Assembly: GCF_001194135.2 (NCBI RefSeq)
Contig: NC_068983.1
Coordinates: 144,460,518-144,524,517, forward strand
Direction of reading: 5' to 3'
DNA length: 64,000 nt
Source of the DNA: Octopus bimaculoides
Lineage: Eukaryota
The notes under the pieces were generated by a model. That model saw only the letters and a list, made by a program, of their open reading frames with translations, was not told the origin of the DNA and made no database searches. Both the position numbers and the translations under genes were made by a program. Of the stretch, positions 13,091-27,588 are shown piece after piece; within the stretch, counting starts at the first letter, position 1; each line of letters opens with the position of its first letter.

Positions 13091-14939
13091 ATTTAGTACC
13101 TGTATACATACATACATAATACGTCAGCCTTCAGGACTTTAGTCAACTCATAAGGCATTGGGCAATCCAGCAACCCAATGCGGTGATGCGAGTCGTATAT
13201 CTTTTTGACTTATATATCCATCCACAATAAAACTATTTCAGCATAAATTCCATGCCCTTATTTGCTATTGTTAAGAAACTTCTTCCTGCCAAGGTGTTTG
13301 CAACGCGTATTAATGGTCTATAACGATAGCTGAAACGAAACTGCGTCGCAATATAATAACGGTTACTTCATAGTTGTTAATGAGTAGATAATAATCGGAA
13401 ACACCAAAGTTTCTTCACTTGCAATGACAATATAAATGTAACGAGGCTCATATATATTTCAGTGATAGTATTGCGAATTCTAACAGAGACTCAGAGAAGT
13501 TCAACTGGAAAATTCTCACTGGTCTAATAATCTGAATCGTCGACGATGTTAACTCAGAATATTTGCAATCAGTAATATAACTTATTACCATACTACATTC
13601 ATTGCAACTATAAAAATGCCATCAATATGCATTACATCTCTTGACGGTGAGATTAATGGTCACTATCAAATACATTATCTTCATAACGTATAGAAAATTT
13701 GGAGATTTCGAAACTTCAAGTTTAAATGTATTTTCCCCAAGCAAGAATTATCTTAAGGATGGCGATAGATATTGCTTGTTTTGGTTCTATGCAAATGTGA
13801 TATGGAAGCTACTTAATAAGTTTTTCCAAGATATAATTGATGAGGAGGTCTAAGACAAACTTCGTCATATCCTGATTAATAACACCACACTTGAGATTAG
13901 ATCACATCAGAGAAGTTATACATGAAATTAATCCATTTACATGAGGTAATGAGTCATAGAATTTATCTTATCTCTGTTATATTTCCATTTAAGTGTCTGA
14001 CAAATATATTTTCTACTAAAGGAAACTGTATTTTATTTTGTGAACACCTCTGTATCCCAGAATCATTGTACTTATATCTAGAAGTGACACAATGCACAAT
14101 AGTCTTTCTCAGAGACTCTCGATCACAAGTAGTTGGATTAGATCTGCGCTTCAGGAACCAGTTTCCCGATAGTTTATCACATGTACATAGCAGTAGTGTA
14201 AACCAATTTGTATAGTACCATAGCTGCATCATGATTTCTTTGGTTCCTCTTCTAACACATGATTACAAAACAAAATCCTGCTCAAGGAGACCAGAAGTAT
14301 AATTATTGTATTAAAGTGGTTGATGAACTATCGCTTTTAAACACCCTGCTACGAAATACAAAAAGATTAGCATTGATTTTCAATAATATGAAATTATGTA
14401 ACAAATCTTTTCAAGTAGAAAGCCTCCCCATATTCTTTTTTCTCCGGTTCTAAATCAATGGCATTCTATTAAAAATCTTAAGTAGCTATACGCTCGAATC
14501 ATTAACAACAAAGAAATCATAGATTTAGAATTTATTGGGTTGACAACGTAAACATTTACTCCAGTAACATTGAGAAAGTCTACATACAAGGTTATTTAAT
14601 AAAAACGCATTCATCAGAACGGAATTTGATAACGATGAAAACTGCATTTATCATAAGCCAGATAACAACTACTCAGAAGACGCCATTATGAAAAATATGT
14701 CTAAATCTTGTATATGGATTATATATTAAGTGTTGCGCCAGAGAGGCAATACTCAACGGCCAATATCAATTATGTGGCAAACAAGCTACTATACGGCAGC
14801 ATTAGGAAAATATTCATAACTTGAACCATATATGAATAAGAAAATATATTCAAAGATCAACTACAGAAAATACCTGTTACGCTGTAATACGAAGAAACGT
14901 AAGATTTTCTGCGTCGGTAAATAGTAATGTAAATAAAAC

Positions 14940-15179
14940 ATTAATTCCTATCATAGTAGGCGCATTAGGTATGATTAAAAAAAGACATTCAGACAAGTGC
15001 ATAAAAGAAACACCAAGACCAACAAGCATATATAACATACAGAAAACAGCACTAATAGGCACCGTACACTTCAATACAGTGAAGATAAAAGCATCACAAC
15101 GAACCACAGCACATACCCAAGGTACACAGAGTTGCGCTCGGTAGTGCAGTGAAATCACGTGATAAAAATAAGACTACTG
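14940..15179 (+). mobile_element. R4/Dong-like retrotransposon, 3' end (older copy)
   Basis: IPIIVGALGMIK..SDKCIKETPRPTSIYNIQKTALIGTVH = C-terminus of the REL endonuclease domain. The 3' UTR is shared with 16900-17008 and ends ...ctactg directly into (AAT)n. Confidence 0.85.
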
Positions 15180-17008
<1,829 letters not shown>

Positions 17009-17076
<68 letters not shown>

Positions 17077-17099
17077 TAATAATGATAATGATAATAATG

Positions 17100-17161
<62 letters not shown>

Positions 17162-17214
17162 TATTATTATTATTATTATTATTATCGTTATTTATTATTA
17201 TTATTATTATCATC
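17009..17214. repeat. (AAT)n array followed directly by its complement (ATT)n
   Basis: 17009-17160 AAT/GAT units, 17161-17210 ATT units. Confidence 0.95.
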
Positions 17215-18499
17215 ATAAAGTACTGATGAAAATGATTTCTATCTTAATTTGTTCCTTAGAGAGAAGAGTATAGCCGTTTGATATATCCCCAGTATATTAA
17301 TAGTAATATTGATAATACTATTTTGAAATTGCCTGGGATTGAAACAATGAAGAGAACAAAGAAATCCGATATGAAATGTTTTAACTCATATAGCTTGTCA
17401 GTTTTTTCATATCTCAACCGCCTTCTACATTACTCAAACAGGAAAAAAAAACAATAAAAACAATAACAGCCATAATTAACGGAAGTCTATGTTATAAAGT
17501 AAGAAGTTGATTACACAGTTAAATGATTGATATAAATTGTTTAATCAGACGGTCACAAATTATAGCGTAATGATTTATACAAATGACGAACGAACGTAGG
17601 TGATACTTTACTTCAGCTGATTAAAAGACAACTCATTCTCGCTATCATTTTCAAATTAGATAATAAATTTAATTAAGCAATTTAGAGACGGAAGAGTATC
17701 AATTAGCAATGTTTTGTAACTTACAAAGTGTGAAACATCTAAATGCATAGAAGTAACGATAGCGATTTTAACATAGACACACCGGCGGAAGTTTTGATGG
17801 AAGATACAGTTATATTATATTGGTTCAATCTTAGTTATTAAGTAGGACACTGGGTAGTTTTGAATATTATTCAGTTATGTCTGGTCGGAAACGGAAACAT
17901 CTAAACAATTCAAGATATTTTGCCGAATATGTCACCTGCCGACTGTCAAGTGAAATAGCAGCAGAATGTTGGAAATGTTGGTTCAGGCATCTTTTGAATT
18001 TTTAAAATATGTTTAAAATTATTTGAAATGTCCTTCATTGTAAAGTATCTATCTGAAGAAAACGGTTTCTTTGGAATTGATATAATGTACTCATTGATCA
18101 ATTAAATGAGTCGATAGAAACGACCGTAATGGATTGACACCTATCCTTCATTTGTTATTTATTTATTTTATTTACCTGTCTCAGAATCAGCCCTTCGAAT
18201 ATTCTCAAGTTTATTACGGACAAATAAAGTGTTCATTGCTCTGACTAGCTCAAGAGCGGATTGTATATTCAGCTGAATCTAATTTTCTGCAAGCACTACA
18301 AGAATTTTATTCTGCGGTACTTATATACCAAGGTTGATATTTGCAAATTATTATTTTGAGTGTATATTATTCCAGCTTAACTAGGTGCATCAACTAAAGT
18401 ACCTTATTCAACGGAATATTACATAGACGCCGCCGTATTGTTATATATATATATATATATATATATATNNNNNNNNNNCATCCTCCTCCTCCTCCTCCA

Positions 18500-18564
<65 letters not shown>

Positions 18565-19116
18565 AACAATAATAACAACGGAGGCCAAACAAGTTAAGCA
18601 GGATGTATGACTTCATCCATCTGTTTTTCAGCGTATTAAATATTTCGATCATATATATTTAGTTCGTCCATAAAAAAGTTATGGACTACATTAGATTCTC
18701 TTGTTATAGATTATCAGTGGATTTCTGTAAAAGATATGATGGTGTAATTAACCCATATTGTCTGTCATCAAGATACATTGTTACAATGCTTCTGCAATGT
18801 TTGCTCTCTTCAGACAATATAGTTTAAATTATCAAGCTACGCGGTACAACTCTGTACCCCTTTCTTACCGCTTATTTGCCCATAAATGACTATATGAAGA
18901 AATTCCCAATCGTCTCGGAGGAATTGATTCAAACAGCTTAAGTACAGTTTGTGCACAATGTTAAAGTAGGTTGATGTGAACCTATAGCCCTCTGCTAAGG
19001 CAGTGATTTATTGGCTACAGGTTTTGTTCGAGTCACAGCACGCCAGTTTGATATATCAATCAGTTCTTCCATAGTTCTTAGAAATATATCAATAAATGAC
19101 TTCATTTAAAAGCCAA

Positions 19117-19410
19117 GGCGAGTGACTTAGTGGTCAGGGTTTTCGGCTCACGATCGTAACATCATGAGTTCGATACTTGACGTAGCGTTGTGTCATTGAA
19201 CAAGGCACTTTATTTCAAAAATGCGTAGTGTCAGTATTTCAAAGAACCAGCCTTGTCACATTCTGTATCACGGTGAATAATTCAAAAGACTTCGTTAAGG
19301 GTACACGTATTTGTGAAGTACTTAACCACATGCACGTTAATTTCACGAGCAGAGTGTTCCGTTGTTCGGATCAGCTGGAACCCTTGTCGTCCTAACCAAA
19401 GGAATGCCAA
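19117..19410 (+). mobile_element. tRNA-derived SINE, family 3a
   Basis: A-box-like tgacttagtgg, B-box gagttcgatac, then gtgtcattgaacaaggcactt. The 3' half (cagccttgtcaca...aagggtacacgt...cacgttaatttcacgagcag...ggaatgccaa) is shared with 49546-49720. Confidence 0.75.
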
Positions 19411-19969
19411 TTATAAAGGCCAACATCTTGCACTGATAGCTAACTATTAAACTTCTCCTTGATGCCTTCCCATTATTCAGCTTTTCCACTGCTTTGATGG
19501 CAGTTCAGCGTCGATTTTATAGGGTGCGCTGTTGATGTTAACACACTACTCATGCTTTATGGTGTCTAATAATGATACATTCTAATTAAAATCATTCCTT
19601 CTAAATATATTTTAGACTATAATGATTTTCCAGCTCTCTAGGGAAGTGGGCTCTTTTCATAATCGCATTGCTTCCCTTCATCCACCAATGTGCAACCTAT
19701 GGACTGGGAGTGTTTCAGCATTGATACGGGTTGTTTCAAATATTTTTCTCGATACCAGAATATTTCACTCTCAGTTTTGTGTTTAGATTTTAATATTTCT
19801 CCCTGAATATTAAGAGTGATGTCTCAGTAAGATGTTTTTAACTTTTCTACGAATTATAGATGTACTGTGAACTTATTTGCTAGGTGCATAAAATGAGTAG
19901 ATGGATGGAGATAACTGAAAAGAAAAATTCCTGTAAGTTCTAGGATACAGAGTCAATGTAAATACTCAG

Positions 19970-20002
<33 letters not shown>

Positions 20003-21044
20003 AATTTTATGGTTGTCTTGAAGCTTATGTATATTGGGTTCTACACCAGGTTGCAACGTCTATGCACACACACATATGTACATATATGTACATATACATA
20101 TGTGTGTGTTTGTGTGTGTATGTTTGTGTGTGTGTGTGTGTCTGTGTGTGAGTGTGTGTGTGTGTCTGTGTGTGTGTGTGTGTGTGTGTATGTGTACATG
20201 TGTATGTTTAGCTGTCTTGCTACACCCCAATGACCAAAAGCTTCGGTAATCACTGGTAGCGTTGTAGTTTCTACAAATATATTATTAAGTTATAGCAGAA
20301 ACTATTACAATTTTGATGGGTGCAAAAATTCAGCTGCCTTTACAAAGGAGTGAAAGTACATGACTATATAAACGCCAATAACAATGCCGTGATCAATGTA
20401 ATAAGTATGCAAGACGAACATGGATTGGCAAATAGAATCCATTTACTATTACATTGAAAATCAAGGGTTTGAACGATCCTATGATGAGATATATTGGTGA
20501 AAACCGGAAGCATCCGGGGAAAAGCTTTTAAGCTACAAATAACTCATCGTTTAAAACATTGTATATTTTATCTTGTACATACATCAATCTAGCCTGTTGG
20601 TGTTTTAAAACTTTTAGGTCATTGGTGTAATGGTTTTTAATGTTTTTACACATATCTATCATATGATGCATTATTAACTGGTGTTCTTAAAAAATTGTCA
20701 TCGATGTATGAATCGAATCGCTCTGCGGAAAATGTAGTCTTTGAGTAAATTAAGATGAAAAACTGAAACTAATAAAAAGAAAGTGTGTGTGTTAAAGTGG
20801 GAAAATAAAAAAAGAAACCTTCCAAAACATTTTGAAAAACATCTAGCGTTTTATTAGAAATGCTTCACCATTATCTTTTATTAAGTCTGTAGCATAGGCT
20901 GAAACGAGTTACTTTTTCTTCTTCAATTATTTATTGAATAATGTAGATAAAGGCCGTTATACAAGTGTGCCTACCGAATGCAATAATTATCAATATGCAA
21001 TCTCGGACTATACACATACTAACTCGAACTTAAAAACGCAAGCG

Positions 21045-21107
<63 letters not shown>

Positions 21108-21268
21108 ATATATGTATATAATTCTATATAGAGATATCTACCTTCCGCACACAAAATCACGCACACACACATATTCTCACAAACAATCTTCTATGTGTAT
21201 ATTTATGCATGTTATGTATGTATTTACATCATCCATCCATCCATACATACATACATACATGCATACAA

Positions 21269-21307
<39 letters not shown>

Positions 21308-21712
21308 GTGTGTGCGTAATCTTCGAGCGACATAATTTGGTTGTTGGACTATAAACTAACCACGATCAATTCCTGGCTGATCTAATATTCGTCTGTTAAA
21401 TACACTATACATGGTCTTTGCATTGAAGTCAATACTTTTCTGAGAGATTTCGTCCTCTATACTTAAACGCTTTCGTTAGTGATATGACTCTTCCAAACGC
21501 GGTATTTTAAAGCAGTTGTCCAGCTATATGCTTCCGGCAAGAAAAACTGGGAGCTTTGATTAGCTGAAACCTAAACTTCAATATGTAATAATTTTCTAAA
21601 ATCTCTGACAAATACTGGTATCTTGTTTGTTACCGTACTCCTGAAGCTCATATATGCGTTCAAATACATACATACATACATACATACATACATACACACA
21701 CACACGCGCACG

Positions 21713-21750
<38 letters not shown>

Positions 21751-21795
21751 TACATATATATACTTTGTTTAAAGCAACAGAAATATAACAAAAGA

Positions 21796-21833
21796 CTGTT
21801 ACTCGGAGTTTCACGTTCCCGTTCATCGGACAG
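21796..21833 (-). ncRNA. Mirror copy of the family B hammerhead motif
   Basis: Exact reverse complement of 21852-21889. Confidence 0.5.
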
Positions 21834-21851
21834 TTTTTTTTCCTAACAAAA

Positions 21852-21889
21852 CTGTCCGATGAACGGGAACGTGAAACTCCGAGTAACAG
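21852..21889 (+). ncRNA. Minimal type I hammerhead ribozyme motif (family B)
   Basis: ctgt-CCGATGA-acg ggaa cgt-GAAAC-tccga-GTA|acag. Stem I ctgt/acag (extendable), stem II acg/cgt, helix III ACTC.GAGT, non-canonical C at core position 4. Confidence 0.55.
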
Positions 21890-21989
21890 TCTTTTGTTAT
21901 ATTTGTGCTGCTTTAAATAAAGCATATTACTCTACCGCTGGTAGTTTTGTACTCTTTTTTCCACCTTGTTGCACATTTTATATGCTTAC

Positions 21990-22174
21990 TCCGGTATACC
22001 CACTACACTCTCTGAGTGGTTGGCGTTAGGAAGGGCATCCAGCTGTAGAAACTCTGCCAAATCAGACTGGAGCCTGGTGTTGCCATCCGGTTTCACCAGT
22101 CCTCAGTCAAATCGTCCAACCCATGCTAGCATGGAAAGCGGACGTTAAACGATGATGATGATGATGATGATGAT
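21990..22174 (+). mobile_element. SINE/RTE-type 3' tail ending in (GAT)n
   Basis: gagtggttggcgttaggaagggcatccagctgtagaaac...aacccatgctagcatggaaagcggacgttaaacgatgatgatgat. Confidence 0.65.
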
Positions 22175-22668
22175 ATATATATATATATATATATTTATAA
22201 AATATATAGTTTTAGGGAAAAATTTCCTTTCTATTTGAAAATTAGTTATGAAACACGTGTAATCATTTTATTATATGTATCTTATGATATTTACTTTGCT
22301 TTATATTATACTCATTTATTGTGCTTTTAATTGTTANNNNNNNNNNNNNNNNNNNNNNNNNNNNNNNNNNNNNNNNNNNNNNNNNNNNNNNNNNNNNNNN
22401 NNNNNNNNNNNNNNNNNNNNNNNNNNNNNNNNNNNNNNNNNNNNNNNNNNNNNNNNNNNNNNNNNNNNNNNNNNNNNNNNNNNNNNNNNNNNNNNNNNNN
22501 NNNNNNNNNNNNNNNNNNNNNNNNNNNNNNNNNNNNNNNNNNNNNNNNNNNNNNNNNNNNNNNNNNNNNNNNNNNNATATATATATATATAAGGTAACCC
22601 TATAAACAGGCTTTCACCAGTAATAAATAAATATGATGGTGTTGTTGGAGGTGTGGTGGGGGTCGTGG

Positions 22669-22978
22669 TCACGTTGATATTGTTATTTCCGGATGTAGAG
22701 AGGGTGCTACGATGTTAACGCTGTAGCCGAAGGTGTTAAAATATTTGATATTATCGTTATTATTGCTATTTTCCTCGGTAGGGGTGCCGTTCTCGTTGAC
22801 AGGGCTACCATTATTCACGTCTATGCCCGTGCGTCTGTTAGGGGCGCTGCTGCTACTGTTGGTGCCGCGGCCGATAGAGTTTGGTCTGTCACTGCTGGAC
22901 TGAGAACCATCAGTGGGTTTGTTGATATTACTGAATGTAATATGTTTGCTCTGACCATTGTAAAGGAACCTCTTTAAC
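22669..22978 (-). CDS. Candidate coding exon, Ser/Asn/Gly/Pro-rich low-complexity segment (unverified)
   Basis: GC-rich non-repeat island. Acceptor caatacag| then the only frame open across it: LKRFLYNGQSKHITFSNINKPTDGSQSSSDRPNSIGRGTNSSSSAPNRRTGIDVNNGSPVNENGTPTEENSNNNDNIKYFNTFGYSVNIVAPSLHPEITIST* (102 aa). Confidence 0.4.
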
Positions 22979-23149
22979 CTGTATTGATCTAATATAATTC
23001 TGGTATTAACCCTGTAACATATTATCCTGTATATTTTCGTTCAGAGATGTCTAGTAAATATACACTTGAACGCAAATATACGTTACCTTTCATAACGCAG
23101 TGATTATTGAAGTAGAAAGAATAGGAGATACCGTAAAAATATCCTGAAG

Positions 23150-23442
<293 letters not shown>

Positions 23443-23919
23443 AATATCATCCCTTTTTTAAATATATATGATAAACAAGTTGTCTTTCTCATATTCTTTT
23501 ATTCTCTTTTTCTTTCAACAATGCATCGTAAAAAGATTTCTTGGTAATTTCAGTTATTTCATTATGTTTTTTTATTCTAAAAAAAAAAAGCCGAGATAAT
23601 TTGGGATAAAACTGTCATGAAAGTTGAGGTGTCAGTAACTTCATAATAAATCATAACTAATCCAAAATAATTTGTGTACTGATTCTTCCTTATATACAGA
23701 TTCAAAATAAATAACGGAAAAAATACTTTTTGTGTGGAAATTGAAAGAAAATGTGTATATTATGAGATTAAGAAACATTTATTGAACACCAAATGTTTTC
23801 GTTTTAAACAAACTAAATGTGCATTTTAAGAGATACAGTAAAAAATAAAAGTTAAAGGAACTCGAATCCATCACTCTTATTTCACCAGCAGTGTAATGAC
23901 AGTTGCTCAACCTTTCGCT

Positions 23920-23920
<1 letters not shown>

Positions 23921-23965
<45 letters not shown>

Positions 23966-23987
23966 GCTGCTGCTGCTTCTGCTGCTG

Positions 23988-24035
<48 letters not shown>

Positions 24036-24063
24036 GTAGTAGTAGTAATTAATAGTAGTAGTA
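23921..24063. repeat. (CTA)n with an internal (CTG)n block, switching to its complement (TAG)n
   Basis: ...tactactac tactagtagt agtagt... junction near 24035. Confidence 0.95.
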
Positions 24064-24619
24064 GTGGGTTGTGTCAGACAAAAACAATAATAATCTAAAA
24101 ATTAATAATCATTAAAATTTTAGTTTAAGGGCTAATTCCATTCCAAGCTCCTCTGGCGTTGGACTATTTTATTTTTCCGTTCTTTTCCTATATACATTAT
24201 TTGAAATGCCAATATTTTCAGTTTGTTTTGTACGTGTTGTCGGAAATAAATGAAATCGTAATATTAGCATTTTTATGTAACTTTCGATTTGTGTATTTGT
24301 GCATTTGACTATCGGTTCGTTTTACTTGGCCGTAGGTGTTACAATATGACCAGAGCCAAAAACGTTTATATCTCAAAACTACATAGCCTCAACCACCTTA
24401 AATTTGTAAATTAAAAGATTCCTCCGTCGGTTTTCCGGATGAACATTTTATTTGTCGAACAACTGAATATCTTGCACATTGGATGAGGATACAGGTGACA
24501 GAGTATTCCAAAATGGATCATTAAATAACAAACAAAGTTTTTTGTATAGACTTCTACACTATTTTGTACCTGATCATTTTCAAACGCAATGTTTGGGGTG
24601 AGACAACACGATGATAAGA

Positions 24620-24710
24620 GATACTTGCCCAAGTTATTACACAGTGAGATCGAATTCGATACTTTGTGATCGCTAATCGAAATTCTTAATCGCTTGGCCG
24701 TAGTTGCATA
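24620..24710 (-). mobile_element. Decayed SINE head
   Basis: Reverse complement gives tacggccaagcgattaag...atcgaattcgatctcactgtgtaataacttgggcaag (tRNA-like head followed by cttgggcaag as in family 1). Confidence 0.4.
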
Positions 24711-24963
24711 TTGTAAATTAGTAACTCGCACATATATATAAGCATGAACACTGACACATGCATCCACACGCACACACATGGCAGCATTGTTCACCGTTGA
24801 GAAGCATTGAGACGCTAAATATGATTTCATTAGTATGCAGATTGTATTTCCTTTTGTGGGAATTACTTGTATAGGTATGGACACTGGGTAACTATTAACA
24901 CACACATATATCTGTATATGTGAGTGTATATATATATATTAATAGTTATCGCCAAGCCAACAT

Positions 24964-25013
24964 GGCAGTCCCAAAATTAGGACGAAAGCTGCCGTCCTAA
25001 TTTTGGGACTGCC
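24964..25013. repeat. Perfect 21-bp inverted repeat with 8-nt loop at a contig end
   Basis: ggcagtcccaaaattaggacg-aaagctgc-cgtcctaattttgggactgcc, immediately followed by Ns. Confidence 0.9.
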
Positions 25014-26479
25014 NNNNNNNNNNNNNNNNNNNNNNNNNNNNNNNNNNNNNNNNNNNNNNNNNNNNNNNNNNNNNNNNNNNNNNNNNNNNNNNNNNNNNNN
25101 NNNNNNNNNNNNNNNNNNNNNNNNNNNNNNNNNNNNNNNNNNNNNNNNNNNNNNNNNNNNNNNNNNNNNNNNNNNNNNNNNNNNNNNNNNNNNNNNNNNN
25201 NNNNNNNNNNNNNNNNNNNNNNNNNNNNNNNNNNNNNNNNNNNNNNNNNNNNNNNNNNNNNNNNNNNNNNNNNNNNNNNNNNNNNNNNNNNNNNNNNNNN
25301 ATATATATACATACATATATATACATATGTATATATGTACGTATGTATTTATATGTGTATGTATTTATATATATACAGTTTACAGACAATGTATTCGATG
25401 GTTTCTATATCGCAAATGTTCCCTGGATCTCATTGTTACACAAAAGATTAATTATATTCACATAAATATGAGAATTCTAACATAACGTGACAAATTCTAT
25501 GAGTTAACACAATACTCGAGTCGAGGACAGTTAATCGTTGTTCAATAATGATTAACAAAAGCAAACCAAAGCAAGGGTTTCAACTCAAAATGAGGAGACA
25601 AAAGCAATTAGAAAATGAATTGATGCATCAGAGTCCTTAGTTTGAGCATTGTAGCGTAGTGGTAAGTTTGCGGAGACTAGACTGTGACACAAGGATAGAT
25701 TCCTTTTGAGAAATTTCAATTTCCTTTTGTTCATTAGATATTCAAACGTATCAATAGCTTCAGAAAAAGGATGTATATCAATTCATGGAAATCATCTAGA
25801 TGTGTGATCCCAAGTCAGCTGCAGTCAATTAAGGTTATAAACGGGTGGACAGCCTCGGACATCACAACTTATTTTGAGATAAGTTACCTACAACTACATA
25901 ATGTGCCATTTCTCTTTTTTAAATAGCAAGGTGTATATCATTCGATCATATCAAGTGAGTATGTTAGGGCTCTCTCACTGGATTGTATGAAGCTGCTTGC
26001 TATTTATAGTGTTTTAACAATTCATTTTAATCTAAGATATATTTCTTATATTAGCCTAAAGTATTATCAATTTATGTTGATATTTTTTGACCGGTTGGAT
26101 AAGAGCTCCACGAAAATAAGGCTAGTTTAAACTATGTTTTCACTCACTCTGCATTGTACTCATAGACAGAACTGTCAATTGTAGAATTCTTACTTTTGTC
26201 AAATGCAAATATGATTGCAGTACCAACTACTAATCAACATTGACATCAGTATTGAAACTATTAAATCAGCATTGAAGCTACTTACGGTAGCTTCTTTTTG
26301 CTCTAGAACTTACTCCAAGTGCAGGTGCCAATGATTACATGTAACTTGCTACATACCTTATTGTATGCATTTCATATATATACATATATACATATACACT
26401 TACACACTTACACACTCTACACACACGTACGCGCAGCTTCGTTTGGGGATCACCAGCACTTTTATTATCCCCCCCTTCT

Positions 26480-26600
26480 TCCTAGCTCTCCTGACAAACT
26501 ACCTTTTTCCAACAAGTCGCCATGATTGATCGCTAAATCCACAATTCTTTTTTATTCTCTCTCTGTTTATTTCCTCATGCTTCTTTCTGTTGAAGAGCGT
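26480..26600 (+). mobile_element. Penelope-like terminal repeat (family C), truncated inside the hammerhead motif at the mariner junction
   Basis: tagctctcctg...gccatgattgatcgct...ttctttctgttgaagagcgt| is homologous to 35532, 38315 and 51935. Confidence 0.6.
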
Positions 26601-27588
26601 TGGTGAATATGGTGGATGACAGAGTATTTCCAAGTTCAATTCCTGTAACTTGAGTAGCGTTCTTTATGCAACATGTGGTCGAGCATTGTCTTGCTTGTCT
26701 CTATTGATCAATCTCGGTTGTTTAATTGCAAGTTCACTCATAGTTTTACCCAACTGATTGATGTATACACCCGCTGTAATTGACTTATCAGGTCTCATAA
26801 AACTGTAATGGATGACACTATCGCTGGACTACCAGACAGACACCATTAGCTTTGGGGTGAATATTTTTTTTTGGATTATATTTTGGCACTTCGTCTGTAT
26901 CCATCTAACCACCGTACAGAAGGCTCGCTATTGTTGAAAAGAATCCATTTTTCATCACACGTAACAATACAATACAAACATGCTTCGCTTTTATGCCATG
27001 ACAGCAAAGAACAGCAAGTTTCAAGACAACGTGCCATTTTATGTTCGTTCATTTCGTGTGGTAGCCAATTGTCCAGCTTCTTTACCTTGCCGATTTGTTT
27101 CAGATGGTCCAATATAGTTCGAATCGAAATATCAAACCTTGTTGCTAACTCACGCGTAGTTTGCAATGTATCTGCTTCTGCTACAGATTCCAGCTCATCA
27201 TTATCCACCTTGGTCTCAGGTTTACCATGGGGCTGATTTTTAAGAGTAAAGTTTACGAGACTGGAACTTCTTAAACCATCGACGTAACGTGCGCTCATTC
27301 ACTACATCTTCACCAAACACCTCACTGATATTTCGAGCTGTCTGAGATACATTTGTTCCACGACGGAACTCATTCATATTCATAAACAACACGAATTCAT
27401 GATCTATCCATGAGTTCACATAAATTGATTTACAAGAGAAAACTCACAATATAATCAGGCACCATGAATTGCATTTAGAAAAGTGACGATGTAACTCTTC
27501 AATGTTGGAAAACAAAGAATTGTCAGGATAAAACGACTGTCTAACTTGGTGCATAAAAATATCGGACATTTCATTCTTAATGACCTGA
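26601..27588 (-). mobile_element. mariner transposon relic (5' TIR plus most of the transposase, 3' end lost)
   Basis: TA-flanked end TCAGGTCATTAAGAATGAAATGTCCGAT (resembles the Mos1 ITR). ATG at 27411; EFRRGTNVSQTARNISEVFGEDVVNER.., KKLDNWLPHEM (WVPHEL), IVTCDEKWI (first D), LMVSVW, QDNARPHVA (second D), HPPYSP; contains stops and frameshifts. Confidence 0.92.

Larger units (their letters stand above)
21765..21920. repeat. Perfect 57-bp inverted repeat (21781-21837 / 21848-21904, 10-nt loop) with imperfect 16-bp outer extension; Penelope-like terminal repeat
   Basis: aaatataacaaaagactgttactcggagtttcacgttcccgttcatcggacagtttt and its exact reverse complement. Confidence 0.95.

Noticed and set aside
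13963-14260. 89-aa minus ORF (LWYYTNWF...TCDKLSGNW) and competing plus-strand acceptor at 14060
   Set aside because: No recognisable domain and conflicting strand signals; may be a decayed LINE
23847-23855. Possible piggyBac right end (...aaaagTTAA)
   Set aside because: It does not mirror the CCCTGTAAC left end
24411-24905. 164-aa minus-strand ORF
   Set aside because: It runs through a SINE relic and simple repeats
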